Virus record (IMG/VR): IMGVR_UViG_3300032280_000320
Span: 50,332-114,331 of that record
DNA: 64,000 bases
Strand: one strand, 5' to 3'
Origin: a virus
Lineage: Duplodnaviria > Caudoviricetes
The first letter of the stretch is position 1. Every line of letters begins with the position of its first letter. The notes beneath the pieces were generated by a model that was given only the letters and a program-made list of their open reading frames with translations, was not told the DNA's origin and made no database searches. Both the position numbers and the translations under genes were made by a program. This document shows positions 10,301 through 18,780 of the stretch, in pieces.

Positions 10301-13300
10301 GTCATTACTGCAAATATTCCATTTAGAATAAGGTTTGATTTTTCGCTGGCGATTCCCAACTTCTCTAAAGCTTTTGGCAATAGCATAAATGCAGCTAGTG
10401 GTAAAGCTTGCTGTGCAACAACACCTGCAACTGGACCTAGTGCTCCATAATTATATTTTCCACTTTTAATCATTCCTCCCAATGCATGGTTAGGAACAAT
10501 ACCTCCACTGTTCATAGGAACAAATAGTTCTGGTCCCTTTTCTCCAACTATGTAAGGTGTGCCACCAGATACAGGTCCGCCTTTTTCTCTAGCCTCTAAG
10601 CCAAATATTAATTTCTTTAACTCTTCTGTTAATGGAGTATCTTTTCTTGATTCCCAGTTTGTATATCTTCTTTTAAGTATATCTCTGTCTATTGCAGACA
10701 ATACCTTTCTTCCTTCTGGTGCGGAAATTGTAGAAGATGCAGCTGATCTAATAACTGAGTCCATAATATCTGGCTCTAGTGCTTTTAGTAATTGTCCTTG
10801 TGCATTTTTAGAATAGCCATAAGGCATTTCTTTTGCAAGTGCTTCTGCAAACTTGTCATAAAGAATTCTTTGTGCTCTCTTTGTTAATCCGCTAGAAGCA
10901 AATAGCTTTTCTGCCATTCCTATTTCTAGTGATGTTACTCCCCATCCGCCAGTTGTATTCTTTCCAAATCCCGCTCCAATTCTACGCATAGCAAGAGATT
11001 TAATAACATTGATTAATCCACCACCATTAAATCCATTAGCATCAGATTTAAATTCCATATCACTTAAGCTTACAGCGTGGCCCTTTTGTCTTGCTCTTAA
11101 TGCTGCAGCTTCTTCTAATTTAGCAAGTGCTGCTGGCGTCAATGATTTTGGAGCACTTGGCTTAACTGCTGCATGTATGCCGTGAAGTTCTTTCCAGTTT
11201 ACATGCCTTGCATCTTCAAGCCTTCTTATCATTGCAGCATAAACTTCTTCTTCTCTTGGAGTTAGACCTTTAAAGCCAGCAATTGTTTCTTTTAGTCTAG
11301 GAAGGACCTCATCAATTTCATTAAGCATTGATTGCTGATATTGCTGAGGAGTCATTCCTCTTGGAATGTCTACTGTTGATTCTGCAAAGAATCTTTTTGC
11401 TCCGCCCTTTACGCCAAGTAAATTAATTCTTGCTTGTTCTCCAACTGATGGCATATCGTCTGCGTATGATCTCAGACCAGAAGCTGTTTTAAATACACCC
11501 ATAGTTCCGCCATCTGCAACAAAACTTCCACCAATGTTACCAGGTGATAAATCTTTGTCTCCTCTTAATGCTGATGCGAGTAGCTGTTGGAAGTACTCTT
11601 GCTCTGACATTTCTTTTGGCAAGCTTGCAAATCTTGGGTCATAAGGTGATTCAAGAACAAGGAGTTTTCTTTTGCCTGCTGGATCTGTTGGGTCTATCAT
11701 TACCCTTATTTCCTGCTGAGGTGTTGTTAATCTATGTGCTCCTTGGTGTATTGCATTATATCTTTGCTCAGCAAGTGCAGCAGTTTCATCAAGGACTGGC
11801 TTAACAAATACTCTTGTTCCGTCTGGCTTTGTGTATACTCCGCCCACTCCTTCGACTGGGAAGCTGTGACCTTTTGTATCTTCTTCTTTCTTTCCAAAGT
11901 TAGTTGGTTCTTCTTTTGCAAAACGACTCTTGTTTACTGCTTCTGTCGTCTGCTCCATAACCTCTCTACGTTTTCTTTGCTCTTGAACCTGCTTAATTGA
12001 TTTAGGCATTCCAAGAAACAGTCTGCCGTAGTTTCTTTTCTTCTTTAAAATAGGTCCGCCCATTGCAAATTCTTCAAATTCATCAAGCTGCATATGGGCA
12101 AAAGCTCCACGCTCACCATTAACTGTCATTCCTTTAGGATTGTATGATTCATAAGAACCCATGAAGTCTGTTCCGAATTCATCATTCTTTGCAATTAATT
12201 CATCTACGCTTGTTGTGCCATAAGGATTTATTCCTGTGGCAGCTTTAAATCCAGATTTAGTATCTCCTGGTTTACGGAATGCTCTTCTTTGTCCAGGTAT
12301 ACCTAAAGACCTAATATATTTCTTTCTTAAACCTAATCTCTTTGCTATCTCTAGATATACATCGTGTTGTGCTTTTGCAAATAATTTTTCTCCAATTAAT
12401 GTATCACCATGTGCTTGGAAGTTCCCTACAATTTTATCTCTTGCTTCTAAAACTAATGAGTCTGCCATATCGTCATCTATTTTATTTACCTTTAAGAATC
12501 TTCTTAGTGCTGGTAGCGCTTCTGAAGGAGGGAGTGACATTATGTCATCTATTATTTCTTGTGGCTTGGCTGTACTACTATTTATTTTTGAGTTTGTTGT
12601 TTTTCTAGTATTGAGTCCCCAGTTACCAACAAAGAAATATCCAAATGGATTTTTAAGTGTGCGTTTTACTGGTGCTGCTGCTCCTAGTGTTTCATCAACA
12701 AATTTTTGAGCATTAGATCCAGAAGTTGCAACTCTCTTACCCATCTTCATTATTGGAGACAAAAGATCTTCTGCTGCATCTGTAACAGCCTTTGGCAACT
12801 TAACTCTTCCATAATTGTGCTTACCAGAAACAATTGGTCCACCTAAAATTCCGCCTGCATTTCTAAATTGAATTCTTTGTCCGTTATTTGCCGCCTCTAA
12901 TATAGGCAACATCTCTTGTGTTTGTTCTGGTGTAAATACTGTCTCATATGGAGTCAGCATTGCATCAATCATTCCGCCACGATTATATGGCTTAGTCTTT
13001 TTTGCATATTCAACTAGCTGTGGATTATTTCTTGTTGCATCTTGATTTAATACAAAACCACCAACTGGTATTTTTGCCATTGTATTGTCATAGTTTACAC
13101 TCTTGTCACCAGGTACAACTGGGCCATCTTCTAATGTGTATACATATCCACCATCATTAAACCCTCTAGATGGACCTCTTTTTGGAAGAATAATTCTTGG
13201 CTTAGTGGTTTCTATACTATAGCCTCCGCCTGACGTTCTAACTCCTAAGCCTCTTGCAACATCATCAACAAGTGCTGCGGTTTCTGGCTTATGGAACATT

Positions 13301-15906
13301 TCTTTCATGTTTGATTTACCAGTTACTGGATCAACTACTGGCTGGCTAGTAAATGGTACTGTTGTTAAATTAATACTTCTTCCCATACCTGCTGCAACTT
13401 GTGCCGCAGTCTCTGCCATCATTATTTCAATTGTTGCATTAAGTGAAATTATTCTTGCTCTAGCTTGCTCTACAGTTATTACACCTTGCTGTAGCTGTCT
13501 TACAATCATTGCTCCTTCATCAGCCGCCAATGAAGTAAGTTGTTGCATTTGTGGAAGCATCTGTTGATAAACTGAGGATAACTCATGTGTTACTGTTCCA
13601 GTTGCTGCTACTTCCGTTTTTAATAATGTAAGTTCTGCTTGAGACTGGGTTGCAATAGCTGCTGTCATTGCATGCCATTTAGCTGCTTCTGTTGCGACTA
13701 TACCAGTTGACACTCCGCTAATAGATGTAACTCCAGGAATTCTTGGTAAATCCTCATTCATATACATCTGTGGGTTATTGCTTACTCTAACATTTACTGG
13801 ACCTGGGTTTGGAACAACACCAAATATTGTTCCTGGTTGTTCTATTGCTGTAGGAATAGTGTGTGCAAACTGTCTGCTAAATGGGGCACCTATAAACCTG
13901 CTATCTTTATCTGCCATTCTGTCTGCATTTGCTGCAGCTCCTGCTGGAGATAGGATTGTTGATCCGCCCATTGTACTTATGCTTGAGCTTGTTGCAACTG
14001 CTGAATTTAATGCACTTGCCTTTAATCTATCAAATGATGCAGCAAGATTATTAACTGCTGTTTCTAATGCTATTGCAGCCTGTGCATCACTAAAGAAAGA
14101 TTTTTCTACAACCTTACCAGCTTCTGCAGCTGCCATCATTTCTGGTGTTAATAATTTAAATCCTGATCCACCCTTAAATAATTGCTTTAGATGGAATACG
14201 CCCTTGATAATATATCCAAGGAAGTTTCCAAGAACACCAGTAAGCATGATAAGTGGTCCTGCAAATGCTGTTAATCCACCAAGGAATGTTAACAGTGACT
14301 TAATTGGCCCTGGTAGATTTTCTACAAACTTAATAATTCCGCTGATTGTTTTTAATACAAATGTGCTTATCTTTAAGAACTGATCACCAACACCTGCAAG
14401 TTCTGCCTTAATTGTTTCAAGTGCTCTTTTATATTGTCCAGATGCAGACTCTGTCATAGCCTTTAATTCTCGGTCTGCAATTCCTGCTAGCTCTTCAGTG
14501 CTTGCCTTCATCAAATCTAATACTTGTAAAGTCTGTGACCCTTCTTTACCAAGGTTATTAAATAGAGCTCCCATACGAGCAAACTGGAACTTTCCAAAAA
14601 GCTGTTCAATTGCCTGAGCCTTTTGTAGTGGATCTAGCTTATCTAGTGATGCTTGAAGTGCTAATATTGTTGCAGTTATATCTCCAGCATTATTCTTTAC
14701 AATTGATCCAAGATCAATTCCAAATCCCATAAACATTTCTCTTGCAACTTTAGTTGGGTTAATAAGTGATGCGAGAGATGACTTAATAGCGTTAGCACCT
14801 TCTGATGCATTTACTCCGCCTTCTTTCATTGCAGTTAAATAAAGAGCAAGATCTTGAACGTCTCCGCCAAGTGATTGGATTACTGGTCCTGCTTTTGGAA
14901 TTGCTTCAACCAAATCTGCAAGCGATGTTGATGTCTGGTTTTCAACTGCGTTTAGGAAGTTAATTGATCCTGCTAGCTCTTCGTTGCTTTGCTTAAATGC
15001 ATTTTGAATAGCAAGTGTTGCTTTCATTGCATCTTGTCTATCTACTTCACCAAGAATAGAAAGTCTTGTTGTTTCTTGTGTTGATACAAGAAGATCATTT
15101 CCTTGCTTACCAGTTGCTGCAATATCCGCTGCTAATGCGATTGTTTCTTTATATGATGCACCGTAGATAGATGCTAATTCTTTCGCTGTCTCTTCGACAT
15201 CTTTTCTAACTTGCTTTAGCTCTGCAGAAGATGTTTCTGCTAGACCGCCATAAACCTTTGTTAATCTAACTAGCTGTTGGTCTGCTTCTAAGAATGCTTT
15301 TTGTGCTGCTGCACCAAATGCCATCATTGGGACTGTTAGTCCAACTGTTAGCTGACGTCCTGCCCACTGTGTATTTTTACCCCAGTTAATAAGCTGGTTA
15401 GATCCATCAAGCATTACCTTGTTAAGAATTGATGCTTCTTGTCTTAATAAAGCAGTTCTATTCTTTAAAACATCTAGTCCATTTGCTACGTGGACATTGT
15501 ATTGCATTTGCCCCTGGGCATTTCTTCCCAGGGGTTGCATTACGGCTTGTTCCATTAATACTTGCTGCTTAGCAAGATCTTTAATTAATGTGCTTGTTTT
15601 TCTTGTGTGTCCTTGCCAGACTCCGAAGTACTCGCCAAGTTTCATTCGGCCAGTATCTAGCCTCTTTCCAAACTTCTGTACATCAGATTCAAGTGTTACA
15701 AAGTGTGAAGAAAACTGTCCAGTTGCTCGCATTGTGTCGGCAAATGAACGATTCATTCGGCCTACTTCATTTGATAGATTTCTATCTAATCCAATGGTTG
15801 TGGCTTGTAGTTTAATTAACTCGGCGGTTACGGCTCTTAACTGCGCTGTTAAACTTGTAAAGTTTGCCGTCGCAGTTATGTTCGTATTAATATTTTGTTC
15901 AGCCAA
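4309..15906 (-). CDS. Giant tape measure protein (3,865 aa) with embedded cargo domains (kinase-like, OmpA-like)
   Basis: Follows the tail chaperones. TP901-type TMP core (GRQLTVGLTVP...AVENQTSTSLADLVEAIPKAGPV...EGANAIKS), long Ala/Lys/Glu helical tracts, and TMP-type motifs GGPVSGGTPYIVGEKGPELFVP and GPGTGTSDSIPAMLSNGEYV. Confidence 0.9.
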   Translation of the reverse strand: MAEQNINTNITATANFTSLTAQLRAVTAELIKLQATTIGLDRNLSNEVGRMNRSFADTMRATGQFSSHFVTLESDVQKFGKRLDTGRMKLGEYFGVWQGHTRKTSTLIKDLAKQQVLMEQAVMQPLGRNAQGQMQYNVHVANGLDVLKNRTALLRQEASILNKVMLDGSNQLINWGKNTQWAGRQLTVGLTVPMMAFGAAAQKAFLEADQQLVRLTKVYGGLAETSSAELKQVRKDVEETAKELASIYGASYKETIALAADIAATGKQGNDLLVSTQETTRLSILGEVDRQDAMKATLAIQNAFKQSNEELAGSINFLNAVENQTSTSLADLVEAIPKAGPVIQSLGGDVQDLALYLTAMKEGGVNASEGANAIKSSLASLINPTKVAREMFMGFGIDLGSIVKNNAGDITATILALQASLDKLDPLQKAQAIEQLFGKFQFARMGALFNNLGKEGSQTLQVLDLMKASTEELAGIADRELKAMTESASGQYKRALETIKAELAGVGDQFLKISTFVLKTISGIIKFVENLPGPIKSLLTFLGGLTAFAGPLIMLTGVLGNFLGYIIKGVFHLKQLFKGGSGFKLLTPEMMAAAEAGKVVEKSFFSDAQAAIALETAVNNLAASFDRLKASALNSAVATSSSISTMGGSTILSPAGAAANADRMADKDSRFIGAPFSRQFAHTIPTAIEQPGTIFGVVPNPGPVNVRVSNNPQMYMNEDLPRIPGVTSISGVSTGIVATEAAKWHAMTAAIATQSQAELTLLKTEVAATGTVTHELSSVYQQMLPQMQQLTSLAADEGAMIVRQLQQGVITVEQARARIISLNATIEIMMAETAAQVAAGMGRSINLTTVPFTSQPVVDPVTGKSNMKEMFHKPETAALVDDVARGLGVRTSGGGYSIETTKPRIILPKRGPSRGFNDGGYVYTLEDGPVVPGDKSVNYDNTMAKIPVGGFVLNQDATRNNPQLVEYAKKTKPYNRGGMIDAMLTPYETVFTPEQTQEMLPILEAANNGQRIQFRNAGGILGGPIVSGKHNYGRVKLPKAVTDAAEDLLSPIMKMGKRVATSGSNAQKFVDETLGAAAPVKRTLKNPFGYFFVGNWGLNTRKTTNSKINSSTAKPQEIIDDIMSLPPSEALPALRRFLKVNKIDDDMADSLVLEARDKIVGNFQAHGDTLIGEKLFAKAQHDVYLEIAKRLGLRKKYIRSLGIPGQRRAFRKPGDTKSGFKAATGINPYGTTSVDELIAKNDEFGTDFMGSYESYNPKGMTVNGERGAFAHMQLDEFEEFAMGGPILKKKRNYGRLFLGMPKSIKQVQEQRKRREVMEQTTEAVNKSRFAKEEPTNFGKKEEDTKGHSFPVEGVGGVYTKPDGTRVFVKPVLDETAALAEQRYNAIHQGAHRLTTPQQEIRVMIDPTDPAGKRKLLVLESPYDPRFASLPKEMSEQEYFQQLLASALRGDKDLSPGNIGGSFVADGGTMGVFKTASGLRSYADDMPSVGEQARINLLGVKGGAKRFFAESTVDIPRGMTPQQYQQSMLNEIDEVLPRLKETIAGFKGLTPREEEVYAAMIRRLEDARHVNWKELHGIHAAVKPSAPKSLTPAALAKLEEAAALRARQKGHAVSLSDMEFKSDANGFNGGGLINVIKSLAMRRIGAGFGKNTTGGWGVTSLEIGMAEKLFASSGLTKRAQRILYDKFAEALAKEMPYGYSKNAQGQLLKALEPDIMDSVIRSAASSTISAPEGRKVLSAIDRDILKRRYTNWESRKDTPLTEELKKLIFGLEAREKGGPVSGGTPYIVGEKGPELFVPMNSGGIVPNHALGGMIKSGKYNYGALGPVAGVVAQQALPLAAFMLLPKALEKLGIASEKSNLILNGIFAVMTAGSIYKGIKTAKAAKAGGAVGEATAAVAAERNVGKFGQTLGKLNAAGKAIPGWGKVAIFALTTLATVSYGAWENARKARLASQEALDVNEIQAKQLGITYTSLTDKIKKATEAAKAQGELAKIKAAGSTAIGGGINMSVKELNALQKKAKETQGDIVQMFNNLDENDVTKAATALKVQLVAAGKSAQEAAKEIYSIISVSNKAAQATAAVSSSEFLRVVDRASAARVAIETFVKSIEGADVDKKEIAASFSGGLDAIQLYYQSLVGIKDETGKAKTQTEALNDTIEQMNANKNNQKDIGDDILNLLVKENPLYKDILNSNDSMVDAWAKIQLYTNGVTANLSGLSGQEAQDLLQVVTAISQAASEMTTNANLLNNPIDAIADYGTAAKLAYDKAKKASDDATKNAQKNADAEIKALDKKIEKINEEADARIRAIEDQAEKQDYLTEVQKEQLNYQQALLAGDMSRAAQSQLNIQSLTNERQKTLSIDAIQDKRDAEVKKLEEAKAAVQERLIKLQEKANKLQEIANIKQKEYASIQALQQSIATTISKAGMTTDEGVLGTLAKALQSDVAALAAINSEGAAAAKTVTAGVPITAGKTVTGPKGLSFQQPGSADWLTYLKKITNDPGGASNSAVEYAEKYFDGFGEHVDSFGMYVKKLLGLPEVGEANAFANAKGAPIKLTFDKKTGQYIDSSGKVYKESERFFMPKPAEDTPGGAQYKSFKHPDPTKRGTTIREEDGRNKFKDYIDPKTGYTYTADGRVTDKNGKIIGRWASENYASNPWDKKVVSYNKGGKVKYFEPGGKVSGPGTGTSDSIPAMLSNGEYVIKEKAVKQYGVNFFDKLNAQRLHKGGPVGHRHGSTTEGVEQGGKLMGPIEAWQDANKQVVKIEVPPITANFDTNSYTLNKEQRLELQKIAKDLIKHKLASIVVQGHTDSVGKEKDNKILSQNRANAIAEYMSKFVPGTAFTPVGYGEYRPLVPNTTSENKAKNRRAELFLPDKYKTIYPDYIPENHEYSWSRGMLVGGGEIVGNQGTMVSGGSMHSVVNWSKLFKKIKSGLGFHKGGLVGHKHLSPGHMASSYKAPYSGPSMSALSPARAAANSKATDKFYEKDGNYYKNENGEWVKNPPSLWETFTTSKNWTAAIGGNNPGGPIHTEMQNILLTALVGAGGAQRYQDGRDWAKGEYLTAAINVALARVGGANGNALMRSIVEGFGAAKGIPNLGHLLPKGSIPFLGASGSKIATNAATAAVIGAARPFVENRVASVIQKPKITATAEQMKPNNNYPPFVVHEGNKVPLHSGGPFGNDAVVFQGTNENLGSLLTNHQVSDIIPTTPEGILSYILKKDPKNKKAQILLDKMNNNKWDDKQVREFLMNMLAAGSINLRKIDTDLLPISMLGQDLRMPELATSLDSAGLTQLISATLGSAKDDIAIRTKTKAMSPILARSAKEYAENAKEQAALIAAATERAGGVKGGFHGFRGEVPLTRAEIAAYRARGMDPYAPPTPDDIPMIRVFNEEFPTADASGDLLETAAGFKIFDRFVGPKGSVAGTDKAADYAVARTSRHFGIYDAVQSHFQGSWKPDKPFIVSTLSNLMKYNGKPEQLHSIDSFFLQKFGKPFKYSKKEGQLSSVFPLEESAYIKRLTELGLYKQGDPLPIMAENPSTKEIFYLAKEKYSQSELDQILKEINENSNLRPAAQVDDAMRARPNHERVFGNQDLYMPARSSYEVDTPMSAQRALQIIAIDKAKKQIGIDQPYLYAVGGEHHSLNQDVIQEVASKLGVRFDGGHNSGDLDMLAKGSGSNPFTYLLNEYKTSVGTPNTGTTTATKALDALLMWTRFGKYESGKTYPNPSDLKAMQEFIINQYARGFISGTEMDAKLAQIAGLQSKRITGATGGYLSGGKFNIPRFETGINNVPANMLAMLHKNEAVVPANMNPFNPNANNATMGGGVYNITNNINGYDGDINALSDMVTRKTVESIKTMSKISVKSMGESRSLGSGLEVKA

Positions 15907-15911
15907 GTAAT

Positions 15912-16283
15912 CTACTCCTTTGAGTATCCTAACCCTGCTCCAATACCAAAGCCAGCATCTGCTGCAAATGAGCCTTGTAATGAAACCACATCATCTCCTG
16001 ATGTTTCTATTCCAAGTGCCCTTCTTTGTATATCTTCAAAGGTAGGACCTTTGTTTTCTTCTTCTTCACCATCTAACTCAATACCTTGAATTGCTGCTAA
16101 GAACTTTCTTTTCTCTGATTCGCTCTTTTGCATTGACTTAAATGTTTGAACAAGTTCTGGCATTGAGAGGCTTTCTTCTAGCTCTTCGTAATTTTTCCAA
16201 TTACCTAAAAGAAAAACCTCTCCTAATAAAGCGGCTAAATCTAGTTCTGCCCAGCCAGAACCGCTGCCGCTAGAAGGTTTGGG
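15912..16283 (-). CDS. Tail assembly chaperone, -1 frameshift extension (gpGT-type C-terminal part)
   Basis: The -1 frame is open from the slippery site C CCA AAC (16277-16283) through PSSGSGSGWAELDLAALLGEVFLLGNWKNYEELEESLS into the track ORF MPELVQTFK (15912..16163). Confidence 0.8.
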   Translation of the reverse strand, partial: PKPSSGSGSGWAELDLAALLGEVFLLGNWKNYEELEESLSMPELVQTFKSMQKSESEKRKFLAAIQGIELDGEEEENKGPTFEDIQRRALGIETSGDDVVSLQGSFAADAGFGIGAGLGYSKE

Positions 16284-16573
16284 TCGTCCATCTTAATTCC
16301 ACCACATACTTCTAGAATGCGGTTAATTGTTGGAACATCTAGAACATCTTCAAAAGCATCTACATCTTTTACCAAGTCTGGTAACTGCTTTTCTAGTGCT
16401 ACTGCACATGCTTCAATAAGGATTGTTAATGTTTCGTCTTCTGTAGTTACATCTGCTGTCTTCTGGATAACAACCATAAACTTTCTAAGCTCTTTAATTG
16501 TTAAAGGCTTTAACTTTACGGTTACGCCATTTTGTAGAGTAATTTCTTCTACGCTATATACTGTTGTTGCCAA
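16241..16573 (-). CDS. Tail assembly chaperone (gpG-type)
   Basis: 110 aa between the major tail protein and the TMP, with an X XXY YYZ heptamer near its 3' end. Confidence 0.85.
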   Translation of the reverse strand: MATTVYSVEEITLQNGVTVKLKPLTIKELRKFMVVIQKTADVTTEDETLTILIEACAVALEKQLPDLVKDVDAFEDVLDVPTINRILEVCGGIKMDDPNLLAAAVLAGQN

Positions 16574-16634
16574 TTTGAATCCTCCTAGGATCTAGTCTTA
16601 ATTATTGTATCATATAGATTTTATCAGCACAAAC

Positions 16635-16666
16635 AGTAAATCCCCCCATTTCTGGAGGGATTTACT
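16635..16666 (-). terminator. Intrinsic terminator after the major tail gene
   Basis: Minus strand AGTAAATCCCTCCA-GAAA-TGGGGGGATTTACT followed by GTTTGT. Confidence 0.7.
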
Positions 16667-16686
16667 ATAATTAAATTAATTAATTA

Positions 16687-17370
16687 CTATGACCAAGAAC
16701 GGTCAATAATCTTACCGTATTCCTGACCAGCGTATGCTGCTTCTCCTGATGGGAGAAGACGGAATGTCACTGGGAAAGTTGTTGCAGCATTACGTGCAAG
16801 TGAGAACTGTGACTGTTGTACTGAAAGTACGCGACGTGCATAATATACACGCTCTGTCTTTGATGAAGCCTGTGTAGTTGGTGCTTGACCAACTGCAATT
16901 AGCTGACGCTCAGTTGGCTGTACACCAAGAGCTCCTGCCTCAAGACCAATGTTAGCGCCTTCTGTAGAACGAAGATTCTTATCCTTTGTTGATGCTCCTT
17001 GGCCAAATACTACTAGAGTATTCTGAAGTGTTCCTTCTGCCATTTCTGTTGCAATCATAACTTCCATTGACTCCTTGAATAGCTTTGCTGTATCAAGAAG
17101 CTGATCTACTGTTACTGAACCGTATGATGGGTTGTAAGTAATCTGAAGACCATTGTTTGTGTAACCTACGTTACGGTACTTATCTGTTGATGATGTGATA
17201 TCAATAGCATTAAGTGTATCTGTGTAAGACGCTGTTGCGCTATATGCACCTGCAGCTGTGCTGCCTGGTTCTGCATTTTCTACCATTCCTGATGTTGAAT
17301 CAAGATTTGAAATAAATAGTGGTGATGCACCAACTAGAATATTTCTAGCATTTCCTGTGGACTGTGCCAT
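16687..17370 (-). CDS. Major tail (tube) protein
   Basis: Motifs NILVGASPLF, VGYTNNGLQITY, VTVDQLLD and TFPVTFRLLP; strong AGGAGG RBS; upstream sigma70-like promoter TTGCAT-17-TAGAAT; terminator downstream. Confidence 0.85.
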   Translation of the reverse strand: MAQSTGNARNILVGASPLFISNLDSTSGMVENAEPGSTAAGAYSATASYTDTLNAIDITSSTDKYRNVGYTNNGLQITYNPSYGSVTVDQLLDTAKLFKESMEVMIATEMAEGTLQNTLVVFGQGASTKDKNLRSTEGANIGLEAGALGVQPTERQLIAVGQAPTTQASSKTERVYYARRVLSVQQSQFSLARNAATTFPVTFRLLPSGEAAYAGQEYGKIIDRSWS

Positions 17371-17482
17371 GTTTACTACCTCCTGTTAAATAAATATATA
17401 TATTGATTTATAAAAATCAAAAGTGCTGGCTAGGCTCTTTTCCTCTAGGACAATTCTAGAGTATAATACCCCCAAATGCAAC

Positions 17483-17989
17483 CTAAATAAATCTTCCGTC
17501 TGGACCAGTGACCCTTGAGTATTTAACCTCTATAATAACATCTGCTGAAAAGAAGCCCTGTATCTCTTCTGACGGGGCTGTGGCTGAGGCCTCAAGGATC
17601 ATGATATTATGAAATATTAAATTGTTCTCTGATTTGAACTCATTTACATCTTTAGCAGAATCGTCCATTCTTCTAAATACGTCTAGCATTAGGTTCCTGA
17701 CCTCATTTATATCGGCTACGTCAATTGCATATATTGTAAATATAATCTTCTCGCAAGAGAGTAGCCAGATGTCTTCATATGTTAAGCCTATCTTATCGTA
17801 GACTATATGCTTCTTCCCGCTTAAAAATTGATTCATTTCTGGCTGTTGCTGGACTGGGATAATTGGAATTATTTCCTGGCCTAGGTTATCGCTATAGTAA
17901 TCATTGGCATCAAATACGCCAGAGTCAGTTAACTCTTTCCAAAGGTATTTTCTTATTTCGTATATTGAGTCTACTTTATATTTTGTCAT
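17483..17989 (-). CDS. Tail terminator / tail completion protein
   Basis: 168 aa directly upstream of the major tail gene, in canonical siphovirus order. Confidence 0.6.
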   Translation of the reverse strand: MTKYKVDSIYEIRKYLWKELTDSGVFDANDYYSDNLGQEIIPIIPVQQQPEMNQFLSGKKHIVYDKIGLTYEDIWLLSCEKIIFTIYAIDVADINEVRNLMLDVFRRMDDSAKDVNEFKSENNLIFHNIMILEASATAPSEEIQGFFSADVIIEVKYSRVTGPDGRFI

Positions 17990-18780
17990 AGCACCCCTCC
18001 AAATGATTGTGTTAATGCCATATCTGCCTGCCGCCTTACAGCGTTTGGGGAAAAAGAATATTGCACCTTTTTAATATTGAGTGGTACCGCTAATGCTCTT
18101 GTAATCTTAGATCCAAATATTTGTTGAAAGCCAGAATTTTTAATTGATTCATTAACAAGTTGTCCGCTAAAGAATATACTGTAAGCAAGTTTGAACTGGT
18201 TTGTAGAAGCCCTTCCTCCAGGGCTCTTGACGGTCACTGAGGCCCCTTTAGGCATAAAGACTACTTCACCATCAATCTCAAAGACAAGCCTCTCAGCGGA
18301 CCTTGGGCGGATTATGACGGGCATACCCTCTTCCATAACAGAAGCCTTATTTTCAAAGATATATTTCTTCTTTTGCTTTACATTGTTTGATGGAACAGAA
18401 GTCTTAGATAATTTAAAATCAAAATCTATTTTAAAGGAAAGTCCTGTTGTGTCAATTGTTCTTAATTTAAAAAGTCTGGCTGCTGGCTTTCCGCCTTTAC
18501 CCCATTCATAAACATGGTGAAATGCCTTTGGTTTTGTTCTAGATAGTGCATCTATATATTGTCCAAAGTCTTTATCTATCTGCTTAAACAATGTATGTTT
18601 AAACAAAGCTTTAAATGCTTCATTTGCTTCTAGTTCTGCCATTACATTTGCTTGGTAATATAAGAATGCAGATATCTGTGCGACATTGCTATCTCTAATT
18701 GCCCCTTTTGTTGGAGTGCCAACCATGAGTCTTTCTAAACCGCTGGCTGCTTGTAGTAGTGCTACGTTACTAGATGCCAA
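17986..18780 (-). CDS. Neck / head-tail joining protein (probable start TTG at 18780)
   Basis: Track ORF is 17986..18870, but GGAG-N10-TTG at 18780 is the likelier start. Contains an HHVYEW motif; function from position. Confidence 0.55.
   Translation of the reverse strand: MASSNVALLQAASGLERLMVGTPTKGAIRDSNVAQISAFLYYQANVMAELEANEAFKALFKHTLFKQIDKDFGQYIDALSRTKPKAFHHVYEWGKGGKPAARLFKLRTIDTTGLSFKIDFDFKLSKTSVPSNNVKQKKKYIFENKASVMEEGMPVIIRPRSAERLVFEIDGEVVFMPKGASVTVKSPGGRASTNQFKLAYSIFFSGQLVNESIKNSGFQQIFGSKITRALAVPLNIKKVQYSFSPNAVRRQADMALTQSFGGVL

Noticed and set aside
4373-15910. Numerous 60-200 aa plus-strand ORFs opposite the TMP and other structural genes
   Set aside because: They are antisense shadows without RBS or recognisable motifs, fully overlapping confident genes.
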